Below are positions 9,929 to 18,799 of a DNA stretch of 64,000 nucleotides, piece by piece. Origin of the DNA: Minisyncoccia bacterium (GTDB lineage Bacteria; Patescibacteriota; Minisyncoccia; 2-02-FULL-40-12; IGHO2-01-FULL-4-A). Location of the stretch: positions 8,339 through 72,338 of the forward strand of contig JBEKBN010000002.1 of the NCBI GenBank assembly GCA_050015375.1. The letters run 5' to 3'. The notes beneath the pieces were generated by a model, which saw only the letters and a list, made by a program, of their open reading frames with translations, was not told the DNA's origin and ran no database searches. Position numbers and translations under genes: made by a program. Every line of letters begins with the position of its first letter. The first letter of the stretch is position 1.

Positions 9929-10134
9929 TTGGAAATGGGTCTAGGACGCCCCTGCGCCATGGAAAGTTTTTTGCGATTACCTCCATGGTTAGACTCGCAC
10001 TGTCTGGTTATCGGATTTTCGCAGCGTCCCAATCGACGGAAAGCCCATATTTTATCACTGTTTCATCCTGGTCATACAGGAATCCCCGAGCGTTGCGGTC
10101 TGGGCTAACAGCGATATTCTGCTACCATTTCCAA
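9929..10134 (-). ncRNA. Candidate structured non-coding RNA (~205 nt), family not recognised
   Basis: Lies between a consensus promoter and a terminator. 5' UUGGAAAUGG pairs with 3' CCAUUUCCAA; internal helices UAUCGCUGUU/AACAGUGAUA, CCUG/CAGG, GGACGC/GCGUCC, CCAUGGA/UCCAUGG. Confidence 0.55.
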
Positions 10135-10139
10135 AAGGT

Positions 10140-10167
10140 ATTATAGTCAACGGTTTTAGAATGTCAA
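10140..10167 (-). promoter_or_regulatory. Consensus sigma-70 promoter
   Basis: Minus strand TTGACA-N16-TATAAT. Confidence 0.7.
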
Positions 10168-10240
10168 CAAAAAACCCCGCCAGATGAAAGCTTGGAAGGG
10201 CTTTTCATCTGTGCAGGGTCGAGTTGTTTCCGTTCGAGGG

Positions 10241-10705
10241 TTAGCGTTTTACTCGCTCAACAGCCGGCCCGAGGACATCTTTCATATCCTTCAGTCCGAG
10301 CCGCATTGTCGTTATTCCTTTGCTGACCTCCTCGGTTGTTTCCTCGTCGATGTGTTCCTCGACATCCTTGATTGCTGCCATCTTACCAGCTTGGTGCGCT
10401 CTTTGAATGTCTCCGGCGTTCGGATCAGATGATCGGCGTAGTGCTTCGATGGCGTTCTCGGCGGCATTGGTGCCGTTGTCACGGTTGTATCCCCATGTGT
10501 CCACTTCGTCCTTGGAAAGATCAATTTTCATGACCCTTCCTTGCAGATAGTCGAAATAGGCACGGTGGCCGTTGCCGAGAAGTTGCTGTGCCTGCTTCTC
10601 GGTCATTGGCTTCGGGTCGTAGTGCAGGAATCCCATCCCTTGAGGTCTTGATGCGTTGTAAAGAGCTGCCAATACTGCTGCTTTGCTTAATCCGGCGATA
10701 TTCAT
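10241..10705 (-). CDS. Hypothetical protein, probably horizontally acquired
   Basis: 154-aa ORF (MNIAGLSKAAVLAALYNAS...YFDYLQGRVMKIDLS) with strong AAGGAG SD and a downstream hairpin. Confidence 0.75.
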   Translation of the reverse strand: MNIAGLSKAAVLAALYNASRPQGMGFLHYDPKPMTEKQAQQLLGNGHRAYFDYLQGRVMKIDLSKDEVDTWGYNRDNGTNAAENAIEALRRSSDPNAGDIQRAHQAGKMAAIKDVEEHIDEETTEEVSKGITTMRLGLKDMKDVLGPAVERVKR

Positions 10706-10911
10706 GATTTTCTCTCCTTTTTTGTATGTCAGACAACGATTTCTGAATATTTACTAATAATACACCTTTTTAAGATATAAGACAATAGCTTCTCAAAATC
10801 AGCCAATATTACCTTTTTTTAATATATTTGACAGTCTCCGCGTAAAGAATATAATCAAATCGTGTGTTGTTTGGAATTCCATTGTATTTTCACCCCTGTT
10901 GATAGGGAACA

Positions 10912-11133
10912 ATGGATTTTTCGTCTGAATTAAAAGCTCGGCTGATTAAATATCTAGCCGATAAATACGAAATCCATGTGACCTCGGAAAAAGCCGAGGA
11001 GTTTTTGTCGTCTCTTGCCGACCTCTTTTTGGCTTTTTCGGATTCGGAATGTTCGGGTTCGGATGACTCTTTTTTCAACGCCCTGCAGGAACCGGTCGCG
11101 CCTCTCGCCTCGCCGTCGCTCGGCTCGGGCTAA
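10912..11133 (+). CDS. Small hypothetical protein, copy 1 of a duplicated module
   Basis: FSSELKARLIKYLADKYEIHVTSEKAEEFLSSLADLFLAFS is conserved in copy 2. Promoter TTGACA-N16-TATAAT at 10828-10855. Confidence 0.55.
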   Translation: MDFSSELKARLIKYLADKYEIHVTSEKAEEFLSSLADLFLAFSDSECSGSDDSFFNALQEPVAPLASPSLGSG

Positions 11134-11408
11134 TAATGCGCAATTTGATGTCGTCACGAGTATTTTCCCTGACGGAAAAATCTCGCGACCCCGGCTCACG
11201 GTTTTTGCCTTTCCCTTTCGACAAGCTCAGGGTCAAACAAAAACATCGCTGCGCCTCGGCCAAGCAAAAAAATCTGCCGAAGGGCAGATTTTCTTTACGC
11301 TTGTCCGCAATGTGGGACGAAGTTGGAATGACGATGGCAATGGGATTATAACAAAAACAAAGCCCCGATTTTCTGGGGCTTTTGGTTTGCGAATATCTCT
11401 CCTCGTCT

Positions 11409-11681
11409 CTACCGTCTTTTCCCTTTTTCGAAATCGCCTGATTGGCGATGTCCGCAACGGAAAATATCATTTTTAGCGGCCTTGCTCAAATTCTTTGTCT
11501 TACGATTGAGACGTTTGGATGACTCGCATTTTTCACGGGTACAATACATCAATGTTTTGCGTCCTCGAGAAATAATTTTTACCAAATCACCAAACTGAAT
11601 CTTTTGGCCGCACTTTGCACAGACTCCGTCGCTGTCCGCTCTTTGATGCATAACTATCCTCCAAACTAATGGTTTTACCAT
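11409..11681 (-). CDS. Small hypothetical protein with putative zinc-binding Cys motifs
   Basis: CAKC...CTREKC; co-oriented with neighbouring ORFs. Confidence 0.5.
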   Translation of the reverse strand: MVKPLVWRIVMHQRADSDGVCAKCGQKIQFGDLVKIISRGRKTLMYCTREKCESSKRLNRKTKNLSKAAKNDIFRCGHRQSGDFEKGKRR

Positions 11682-11693
11682 TGTTGGCCGTAA

Positions 11694-11924
11694 TTATTTC
11701 TTTGTAGCAGGATGAGTGTTCTTGTGCTGTTGTCTTGTCTTATGCCCCATTGGCCTATGGCCGACATTGCCACTCGCTCTGTTTCCAACTACGCGAGGAA
11801 TTTGTTCGTGCGCTTGCTGGCACTTAGGATAGCGCCTTGCGTTCTTAAAACGGTAGGGCGTCTTTTTGAAATACTTGTACTCTTGACCGCATTTCACACA
11901 AACCTTTATGGTTGGAATCAACAT
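11694..11924 (-). CDS. Small hypothetical protein (CxxC)
   Basis: CVKCG motif; CAGGAG SD upstream. Confidence 0.45.
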   Translation of the reverse strand: MLIPTIKVCVKCGQEYKYFKKTPYRFKNARRYPKCQQAHEQIPRVVGNRASGNVGHRPMGHKTRQQHKNTHPATKK

Positions 11925-11971
11925 AACCGACTCCTGTTCTTTCTGATTAGGTAATGGTTGCCTCTAAAACC

Positions 11972-12385
11972 TTAGAGGAGAGGCGGAAAGTTCTGGTCGT
12001 CACAACCAAAGTCAGTTTCCAAGCCATCTGCAATTTTTCCATCCGGAAATCTGACTGAAATCTGACCATTGACTTCTTGCCAGATATCCAAACGTTCAAC
12101 TCGAACGCAACCAATGGCTGTATAATTACCCTTGGCGTAACGTTTTCTCCCAAATGTAATCTTAATATGCACGTCCCTTTGGTTATCCTTGATTGGCGAT
12201 GAACTAACGTCAATTCCTCGAATTTCCAATTCGCCAACGACCTTCGTGGTTTTTTTGTAATCCTTCTCGTCCGTGTCGCTATCAGGAGAAATGCCGTTCT
12301 CGTGCTGGTATATAAGTTCAGCTGCCATAAACTTAGCGATTCGTACCGCTAAGATTTCCGACTCACTTATAGATTTTCGAGTCAT
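11972..12385 (-). CDS. Hypothetical protein
   Basis: 137-aa ORF with GGGAG SD. Confidence 0.5.
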   Translation of the reverse strand: MTRKSISESEILAVRIAKFMAAELIYQHENGISPDSDTDEKDYKKTTKVVGELEIRGIDVSSSPIKDNQRDVHIKITFGRKRYAKGNYTAIGCVRVERLDIWQEVNGQISVRFPDGKIADGLETDFGCDDQNFPPLL

Positions 12386-12632
12386 TAGTAACTCCCGTCA
12401 CAGGAACACTTGAGAAACATTCTCAAGCGACTACCGTCTCAGTAGTGATTTAGCAAGAAAATCCAGCCAAATCGCTACTGAGAAGATGATGTTAATGTGC
12501 TATGTTAAGAATAGTATTAATATTATACCTTATTCTCTGTTTTGTCAAGTTTGCATATTTGACAGTTTTTAGGTTAAGAATATACTCAAATTGAGTAAAC
12601 ACTGTGAGCACGAGCGGAAAAAGCCCTAGGTA

Positions 12633-13034
12633 ATGCAATTAGGGTTTTCAAAAGTGCTCAAAACTCGGCTAATTAAATACTTAGCCGAAAAATATTCAGT
12701 CATTGTATCTTCGGAAAAAGCCGAAGAATTTTTGCGTTCTCTTGCCGACCTCTTTTTGGCTTTTTCTGATTCGGAAGATTTAGGTTCGGATAACTCTTTT
12801 TTCAACGCCCTGCAGGAACCGGTCGCGCCTCTCGTCGGCTTCCGCCGATTCGGGCTGACCACCGCCTCATTGCCTCGCTTGCCATTTGCTCGCTCGGCAA
12901 CATTCCGGCGTTTGATTCCTTATGCGAGCCAAGCAGTTGGCTCGCTCAGGGCGCAAAAGATAAAACCGGATATAATCCGGTTTTATCTTTTGATGTCCGC
13001 CCTGAAGGAATCGAACCTTCAACCTCTTCCTTAA
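12633..13034 (+). CDS. Small hypothetical protein, copy 2 (only the first ~65 codons are homologous to copy 1; the 3' part runs through the tRNA and is doubtful)
   Basis: FSKVLKTRLIKYLAEKYSVIVSSEKAEEFLRSLADLFLAFSDSE. Promoter TTGACA-N16-TATACT at 12559-12586. Confidence 0.4.
   Translation: MQLGFSKVLKTRLIKYLAEKYSVIVSSEKAEEFLRSLADLFLAFSDSEDLGSDNSFFNALQEPVAPLVGFRRFGLTTASLPRLPFARSATFRRLIPYASQAVGSLRAQKIKPDIIRFYLLMSALKESNLQPLP
12954..12992 (-). terminator. Hairpin/terminator downstream of tRNA-Lys
   Basis: Inverted repeat CAAAAGATAAAACCGGAT...ATCCGGTTTTATCTTTTG. Confidence 0.65.
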
Positions 13035-13068
13035 AAGGGAATTGCTCTACCAATTGAGCTAAGGGCGG
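12996..13068 (-). tRNA. tRNA-Lys (UUU)
   Basis: Cloverleaf: acceptor CCGCCCT/AGGGCGG, D-arm GCTC..GAGC, anticodon loop CTTTTAA, T-arm GAAGG-TTCGATT-CCTTC. CCA not encoded. Confidence 0.93.
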
Positions 13069-13089
13069 ATAAATTATTATATCAAATTA

Positions 13090-13644
13090 TCAATATTTCG
13101 GATTTTCTTCTTTGATCTTCAGTTTAAAATTCACAAATCTTGCCAAAGCAAATAAATAGCTGGACAGGCGGTTCAGATAAGTGATGGCGTTCGGGCTGAT
13201 CTTGCTTTTATATTTTACAACAATTCTCTCCGATTTCCGAGCGGCGGTCCGGGCTAGTTCCAGCCGCGAACTCAACTCACTGCCGCCGGGTATGACGAAC
13301 TTGGTGATCTCCGGGATTTGCCGGTCAATGTCCGCTATTTTTTTCTCCAGCTGGACGACCGATTCTTCGGTTAACCTTTTTTCAAAACGGAAATTAAATC
13401 TCGCGGCGGCAACCTCAGCTTGAATAATGAACAAAACGTGCTGGACGGCATGCAAATTTCCCGCAATTTTTTTTCCGCCGGCCGACGGATTTTTTCTGGC
13501 TTCGGTCTTGCAAAAACCGATAACCGCGTTCAATTCGTCCAAACAGCCCAAGGCCTCAAAAATCGCATCGCTTTTCGGCAAAACGATCTTGCCAAAAACG
13601 CTCTCGCCCTTGTCCCCCATCTTTGTATAAAACTTTGTTTTCAC
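13090..13644 (-). CDS. pduO: PduO-type ATP:cob(I)alamin adenosyltransferase
   Basis: FYTKMGDKGES, GCLDELNAVIG, FVIPGG, ARTAARKSER, YLNRLSSYLFALAR. Confidence 0.9.
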   Translation of the reverse strand: MKTKFYTKMGDKGESVFGKIVLPKSDAIFEALGCLDELNAVIGFCKTEARKNPSAGGKKIAGNLHAVQHVLFIIQAEVAAARFNFRFEKRLTEESVVQLEKKIADIDRQIPEITKFVIPGGSELSSRLELARTAARKSERIVVKYKSKISPNAITYLNRLSSYLFALARFVNFKLKIKEENPKY

Positions 13645-13725
13645 AGAAAATATTCTAACACATTATCCCAAAAAAGAAAAAGCCCCGCCGGATGAAGTCG
13701 TGGCGGGGTTAGACAAACAATCTAC

Positions 13726-14037
13726 TTAGAAAATTAGATCGTCAGGCGTGGCCTGAGATACATCTTTAATCACCACCCAAGTGTTGGGTCCATAACCACG
13801 TGTTCTAGGTGGCAAAGAAAGGATATTTTTTGTGCTATATAACGGAATCACGCGCGGATTTACGCGAATTCCGCTTTGCCTAGCCGCAAAACTAGCTAAT
13901 ACGCGTGCGCACTCAACCACGTTTGCAAATTCGTGAACAGCCGTTAACTCTTCAACGAAACAATCATCCTCAAAAATAAGGTACCTAAATTTTAGAAACA
14001 TACCATCTCCTTTCCCTATCCTCGTAACCTCACGCAT
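13726..14037 (-). CDS. Hypothetical protein
   Basis: 103-aa ORF with a promoter-like TTGACT..TATTAT upstream (~14049-14078) and a terminator hairpin at 13680-13710. Confidence 0.5.
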   Translation of the reverse strand: MREVTRIGKGDGMFLKFRYLIFEDDCFVEELTAVHEFANVVECARVLASFAARQSGIRVNPRVIPLYSTKNILSLPPRTRGYGPNTWVVIKDVSQATPDDLIF

Positions 14038-14291
14038 TGCAGTGCCTTAATAATACCACTATAATATTATAGAGTCAATAGGTAAAGGATGGGGGGGGCC
14101 GAGTCAGTGGCCGTTTCAAGTGTCACTCCGAGGCAAGACAACAATTCCAAGCGAGACCGGAAATCCCTGCGAACCAGATTGCTTGTGAAGCGTCCAGCGA
14201 ACCCTTGTCTCTTCGAGCGGCCGCGTAAATTAAAAAACCAAGTAAGTCGGCGACCTTTTCGAGAGTACGGCCGAAATAGTTGAGCGAGGTA

Positions 14292-14548
14292 TCAGTGATT
14301 ATTTTCATTTGTCGCAATGGCTACAAATCAATGAAGTCCCGACTCCGAAGGAGTCGAGGATCCTCGATTTTGCGAAGCAAAATCGGGACCGAGTGAAAAT
14401 TTGCCGAATGACAAATTTCGGTCGCCGAAGGCAGGAATGGATAACGAAATTTGTCCGGCAAATTGAACGAGCGAAAGGGGTGGGCTTGTCCCACCCCTTA
14501 GGTAGCGAATATGATTTGTCCAGCAGCGACATTGAAAATAATTACTGA
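14292..14548. repeat. ~255-bp fold-back, MITE-like element
   Basis: Imperfect ~38-bp terminal inverted repeats (TCAGTGATTATTTTCATTTGTCGC.. / ..GCGACATTGAAAATAATTACTGA) with several internal hairpins. Confidence 0.65.
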
Positions 14549-14557
14549 CGCCGAGCG

Positions 14558-16228
14558 TTATTTCTTCAACGACTCATCCAATATCTTCCTCAGCCCCTCG
14601 ACATCGATCTCGGGTTTGGGTTTTGGAGCGGCTGGCGGCCGGGGAGACGCGGACTGATTCGGAACCGGATTTGAAGCGCCGCTTTGAGTCGGTCGTTCTT
14701 CAATTTTCTTGCCTTTGAAATCCACCGCTCCCCGCTTGAACGCCTCATCCAGCGACACCGACGGCGGAGTTGTCGGCTCAGCGGAAGTCCGTCTGACAAA
14801 TGGCCGGTTGTTGTAATTGTTGTCTTGTCTTCGCGGTTGATTCTGGCCCCGATAATCATCCCGCGGCCGATTATCATTTTGTGATCTATATTCGTTCTCC
14901 GATCTTTTTGGATATGACTGATTCGTCGCCATGGCCGATTCCATCGGTCCGTACCATTTCTCAATATTTTTTTCAACGTCATCTACCGGCATGGCGTTAT
15001 GAGTCCGGGAATATTCAATGATTTTTTCGCGGTTGCTTTCTGGCAATTTCGGTGGCGTGTCAATGGTCATTGCCGAGAAAGCCCGCGAAGCGATGCCGTC
15101 AATGAGAAGTTTTATGTAAATTTGCCTTTTACCGAGATTGACGATATCGGTGGCCAAGAATTCGGGCGACAATTCTTTTTCTAAAAGTTCGGCATCCTCG
15201 GCGCCAACCCGGAAACTGATGATCGTGCCGACATTGCCGAAGATCGCGTCCCTGACGGTCTCGTCGAGCTGGGCGACATATTGATGGGCGACAATTAAAC
15301 TCAAATGATATTTTCTGGCTTCGGATAAAATATTAGCGAATGACGAGGTGGCGAAATTCTGGAACTCGTCAACGATCAAAACAAAATCCGTTCTTTCTTT
15401 TTCCGGAATGTCCACCCGCGACATGGCCGCCAGCTGGAGTTTGGTGATGATCAGGGCGCCAAGCAAACGCGAAGCGTCTTCGCCGATCCGGCCCTTGGAA
15501 ATATTGACCAAGAGGATCTTGCCTTGGTCCATTATCTCGCGCATATCAATGGTGGATTTCGGCTGGCCGACGATATTCCTGATAAGAGCCGAGGAAGTGA
15601 ATTGACCGACTTTGTTCTGGATCGCCGCTGTGGCTTCGGTGGCGAATTTGTCGGCATATTTGGCGAATTCCTGGGTCCAAAAGGCCTTGACCGTCGGGTC
15701 TTTCAATTGGGCGACGACGTAATTGCGGTAATCTTTTTCGGCAAGCATCCGGTTGATACCGAGTAGCGTCGCGTCCGGTGTTTCTAAAAGCGCCAAGATC
15801 GTATTATTCAAAATATATTCCATTCTCGGCGACCAGACATCGATCCAGATCTTTTTGAAAACGTTCATCACGCCGTCGGCGACAAGGTGGCGTTTATCGG
15901 GGTCAACCTGTTCCATGACATTGAAAGCGACCGGAAATTTCAGATCTGCCGGGTTGATATAAATAACGTCTTTTATCCTTTCTTCGGGAATGTAGTCCAA
16001 AAGATCCTCAACCGGGTCGCCGTGGGGATCGATGAAGCCGACTCCCCTTCCGGCCTGGATATCCTGAATGGCGAATATTTTTTCAAGTTCCGACTTGCCG
16101 AGGCCGGTCTTGCCGATAATGTAGACGTGGCGCCGGCGGTCGTCCATTTTTATACCAAAAGGCACTTTATTATTTCTAAAGTTGGTCTCGCCGAACAAAA
16201 CTATATCGTTGTCGTTGGTTTGAGCCAT
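14558..16228 (-). CDS. VirD4/TraD/HerA-like P-loop ATPase (type IV coupling-protein family)
   Basis: DDRRRHVYIIGKTGLGKS Walker A, FIDPHGD, LIVDEFQNF Walker B, SEARKY, AIFGNVGT. Confidence 0.88.
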   Translation of the reverse strand: MAQTNDNDIVLFGETNFRNNKVPFGIKMDDRRRHVYIIGKTGLGKSELEKIFAIQDIQAGRGVGFIDPHGDPVEDLLDYIPEERIKDVIYINPADLKFPVAFNVMEQVDPDKRHLVADGVMNVFKKIWIDVWSPRMEYILNNTILALLETPDATLLGINRMLAEKDYRNYVVAQLKDPTVKAFWTQEFAKYADKFATEATAAIQNKVGQFTSSALIRNIVGQPKSTIDMREIMDQGKILLVNISKGRIGEDASRLLGALIITKLQLAAMSRVDIPEKERTDFVLIVDEFQNFATSSFANILSEARKYHLSLIVAHQYVAQLDETVRDAIFGNVGTIISFRVGAEDAELLEKELSPEFLATDIVNLGKRQIYIKLLIDGIASRAFSAMTIDTPPKLPESNREKIIEYSRTHNAMPVDDVEKNIEKWYGPMESAMATNQSYPKRSENEYRSQNDNRPRDDYRGQNQPRRQDNNYNNRPFVRRTSAEPTTPPSVSLDEAFKRGAVDFKGKKIEERPTQSGASNPVPNQSASPRPPAAPKPKPEIDVEGLRKILDESLKK

Positions 16229-16231
16229 AAT

Positions 16232-17500
16232 TTACTGCGGAAGTCCCGCCGGGGGTTGGCCTTTTTTGGCTTCGACTCTCGGGAAAGCCGGAGCGCGCAA
16301 ACCGATGCCGGGCAAATGCCACAGGGTCGCTAATTCCTCGGTATTCAAAAGAACGACATCCTTGATGAAAGTCCGCTCGCGGTATTTTCGGTAAATTCTG
16401 ATCTTGCGTCTCAGTTCCTGCCATTTCCAGAAAAACCCTTTGTTGGACGGGAATACTTGATAAAGAATTCCCTTGGCCAAGGACTCGGTCTTCGGATTTG
16501 GTTTGAAAGAGTTCATGTTGTTGGCGTAAAGTTGTTTGAACATGCCGATAACCGAGGTGACCCGGGCGCGGTTGAACAATTCCTTTCGGGCGACATACAG
16601 GAAACGGACATCGGCTTTGAACCCAAGTTTGGATATTTTATTCTCGACTTGCTCCAAAATATCTCGCTGGCCGGGGGTTAATTTCTGGACATTGAATTCC
16701 TGCTTCTCATCTTTTTTTTCGGCTTGCGGAACCTGAAAAACATTTTCTTCGATAAAATCCATCGTCTTATGCAAGGCATTGGGTTCGACTTTGACTTTTT
16801 TGCCTGTGATTTTGTCGATAATTTTTTGGGCATCTTCGATGATCTTTTTGCCGCCGGTCGGCCGGATGAGAAATTGCAACCAGACATGCTCGCCGGGCTG
16901 GGTCGAGCTCAAGGTTTCGGCCAAAGGCGCCAAGGGATCGGTTCGTTTGAATTCGTCTTTTCCGCTTTCTTCCTCGAAATAGGGATAGGTTCTCAAAGGA
17001 TAAGCGTTGTCGTTGATAAAAACGAGGTCGGTGCCATAAAGATCGTAATCATCGTTGGGCAAGATCCTCGGCAAATATTTGGTGTAATCCTCGACTTCTT
17101 TTATTTCGGCATCGGGATACTGGGCGAAAACCACATGCTCAACGAGGGAACGGAAATTCTCGGTCACCCGGATCAAAAAACTAATTTCACCGCCGTTGCC
17201 GACGATCTCGAATGAATAAAAATTCGGAACCTCGCCTTTGAAAAATCTTTTCTTCCACTTGACCGGCAAATAGGAAGCGTGGAGGCCGGCAAAAATATTT
17301 TCAGCGATCTTGGGACTTTTTTGGACATCGGGCGGCGGTTTTATTTCCAGTAAAACCCACTTCAAACTCAAGAGATACTTCTGGGTCACATAAACCAAAT
17401 AACCGGTGATCGTACCGGTAACCAAAAGGATCGGGACATAAATCCACCAATATGCGCCCAGGATCGAGAAAGCGGTTTTAAGTGGACTTAGAAAATCCAA
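16232..17500 (-). CDS. Conserved hypothetical membrane protein, partner of the VirD4-like ATPase
   Basis: N-terminal TM; LLEIKPP..KSPKIAE, AQYPDAEI, LNTEELATLWHLP motifs typical of CPR proteins next to such ATPases. Confidence 0.7.
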   Translation of the reverse strand: MDFLSPLKTAFSILGAYWWIYVPILLVTGTITGYLVYVTQKYLLSLKWVLLEIKPPPDVQKSPKIAENIFAGLHASYLPVKWKKRFFKGEVPNFYSFEIVGNGGEISFLIRVTENFRSLVEHVVFAQYPDAEIKEVEDYTKYLPRILPNDDYDLYGTDLVFINDNAYPLRTYPYFEEESGKDEFKRTDPLAPLAETLSSTQPGEHVWLQFLIRPTGGKKIIEDAQKIIDKITGKKVKVEPNALHKTMDFIEENVFQVPQAEKKDEKQEFNVQKLTPGQRDILEQVENKISKLGFKADVRFLYVARKELFNRARVTSVIGMFKQLYANNMNSFKPNPKTESLAKGILYQVFPSNKGFFWKWQELRRKIRIYRKYRERTFIKDVVLLNTEELATLWHLPGIGLRAPAFPRVEAKKGQPPAGLPQ

Positions 17501-17607
17501 GGGAAGCGAATAGCCAATAGCGAATAACCATTAGCCATTAAATTAAGCAATTGACTTTCCTCTATTATATATTTTCTGTTTGCAATTGGCTAATCGCTAT
17601 TCGCTAA

Positions 17608-18666
17608 TTAGGCCTGCAGGGTGTAGCCGTCTTCCGTTTTTTTGAAGACCTTGCTGTCTTGCAAATTCAATAGAATAGTGTTTTCTTTGACCATCCGATG
17701 CGATAAGACCTGAGCTACGAGGTCGGTCTTTTTCACCGGTTTGGAAGCCGATTTCAAAAGGTCAACCAGAACATCTTTGACCGTGCCGGCTTTGTAGCCC
17801 ATTTCCGACAAACCATAGAGGCCGCGGCCGACCAGGACGAAGCGATTGTCCTTGATCAGTTCGTTGTGAACCGTCTGGACATTGGCCTTCCGGTCGTGAA
17901 AAGTATCATTGATGAGTCGGGTGATCTCGCGGAAATGTTTTGGTTCACCGACTTTTTTCAAAACCAAATAGGATTTGTCCCTGACGCCGCGGGGTTTGAT
18001 TTCCGGCCAACTGGTCAAACCGACATGACCGAAAATATTTTTGCCGATCTCTTTGGAAATTGAAAGATAGGAATTCAAAGCGATGGAAGAAGTGTACTTG
18101 CTGGAAATTCCCGATTTCTTGGTGAAGTCGGCCAAAGCGGTTTCGGCGACGGGATTCTCATTTTTTGACAACGCTTTTACAAAAGACGCGACTGAATTTC
18201 TGAAAGCGTCGGCATGTTCAGCAGAGATGGCCCAAAAAGGATTGAATTGGTCGTCGTCGGGAGATCTCTGGAGGTTGCCGTCCAGCGCCATCATGAAAAC
18301 CAATGAAGAATTGGCCGATTCAGAAGCGGTATTTTTGACGGGGGAACCGAAATATTTGTCGAATAATTCCTGTTCGTTCATGACTCCGCCGTTTTGCTCA
18401 AGAATGTTCTCTGCCAAAGCGATGAACGGCTTGACTTTGACGTCCGTGGCCGAAGCTAAGAAGTCCTTCATTTGTTTGAGGGAGGCCTCTTCGATCTGGC
18501 GGACGCGTTCGCGGGTGATACCGTAGCTTTGGCCGATGGATTCCAGGGTCTCTTTTTTGCCAGTTTTCAGCCCAAAACGCCGCGAAATAACATCCCTGTT
18601 TCGGGGATTAAGTATTGCGACCAGTTTGACCGTTGTCTCTTTAATTGTGTTTTTCAAATCCGACAA
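17608..18666 (-). CDS. Sigma-70 region-4-like HTH protein with C-terminal winged-HTH domains
   Basis: RRFGL..KETLESIGQSYGITRERVRQIE; C-terminal PKHFREI..TVHNELIKDNRFVLVGRGLYGL. Confidence 0.8.
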   Translation of the reverse strand: MSDLKNTIKETTVKLVAILNPRNRDVISRRFGLKTGKKETLESIGQSYGITRERVRQIEEASLKQMKDFLASATDVKVKPFIALAENILEQNGGVMNEQELFDKYFGSPVKNTASESANSSLVFMMALDGNLQRSPDDDQFNPFWAISAEHADAFRNSVASFVKALSKNENPVAETALADFTKKSGISSKYTSSIALNSYLSISKEIGKNIFGHVGLTSWPEIKPRGVRDKSYLVLKKVGEPKHFREITRLINDTFHDRKANVQTVHNELIKDNRFVLVGRGLYGLSEMGYKAGTVKDVLVDLLKSASKPVKKTDLVAQVLSHRMVKENTILLNLQDSKVFKKTEDGYTLQA

Positions 18667-18799
18667 TTTTTTGAGTATTTGGCAGGTGGTTTTTGGTCAT
18701 TTAGGTAAATAACCAGAAACAAGCTGCTAAATACTTGTAAACGGTATGGTATCATAGGGGCAAAAATAAGTCAATGATTTGTCAAATCCCGGCCGCCGA

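Larger units (their letters stand above)
11302..13000. mobile_element. Putative ~1.7-kb mini-island integrated at the 3' end of tRNA-Lys
   Basis: TGTCCGC at 11302-11308 repeats the tRNA 3'-end sequence at 12994-13000, and each copy is preceded by a hairpin. A promoter plus small-ORF module is duplicated (10828-11110 vs 12559-12835). No integrase seen. Confidence 0.4.

Noticed and set aside
9878-10134. T-box riboswitch or hammerhead ribozyme upstream of aspS
   Set aside because: No T-box UGGNACC antiterminator motif is present. CUGUAUGA...GAAAC deviates from the hammerhead core and lacks the matching helix arrangement.
10990-11015. Self-target of the array unit at 22117 (GAGGAGTTT match)
   Set aside because: Only the first half-site and two further bases match; the rest of the second half does not. 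A 9-mer match is expected by chance. An exhaustive self-target search could not be done by eye.
11213-11236. REP-like CCCTTTCGACAAGCTCAGGG motif as a separate system
   Set aside because: Only one copy was seen in the window, with no associated transposase.
14558-17500. Conjugative element / ICE
   Set aside because: No relaxase, VirB4, mating-pair genes or integrase were seen; this ATPase plus membrane protein pair sits among core genes.
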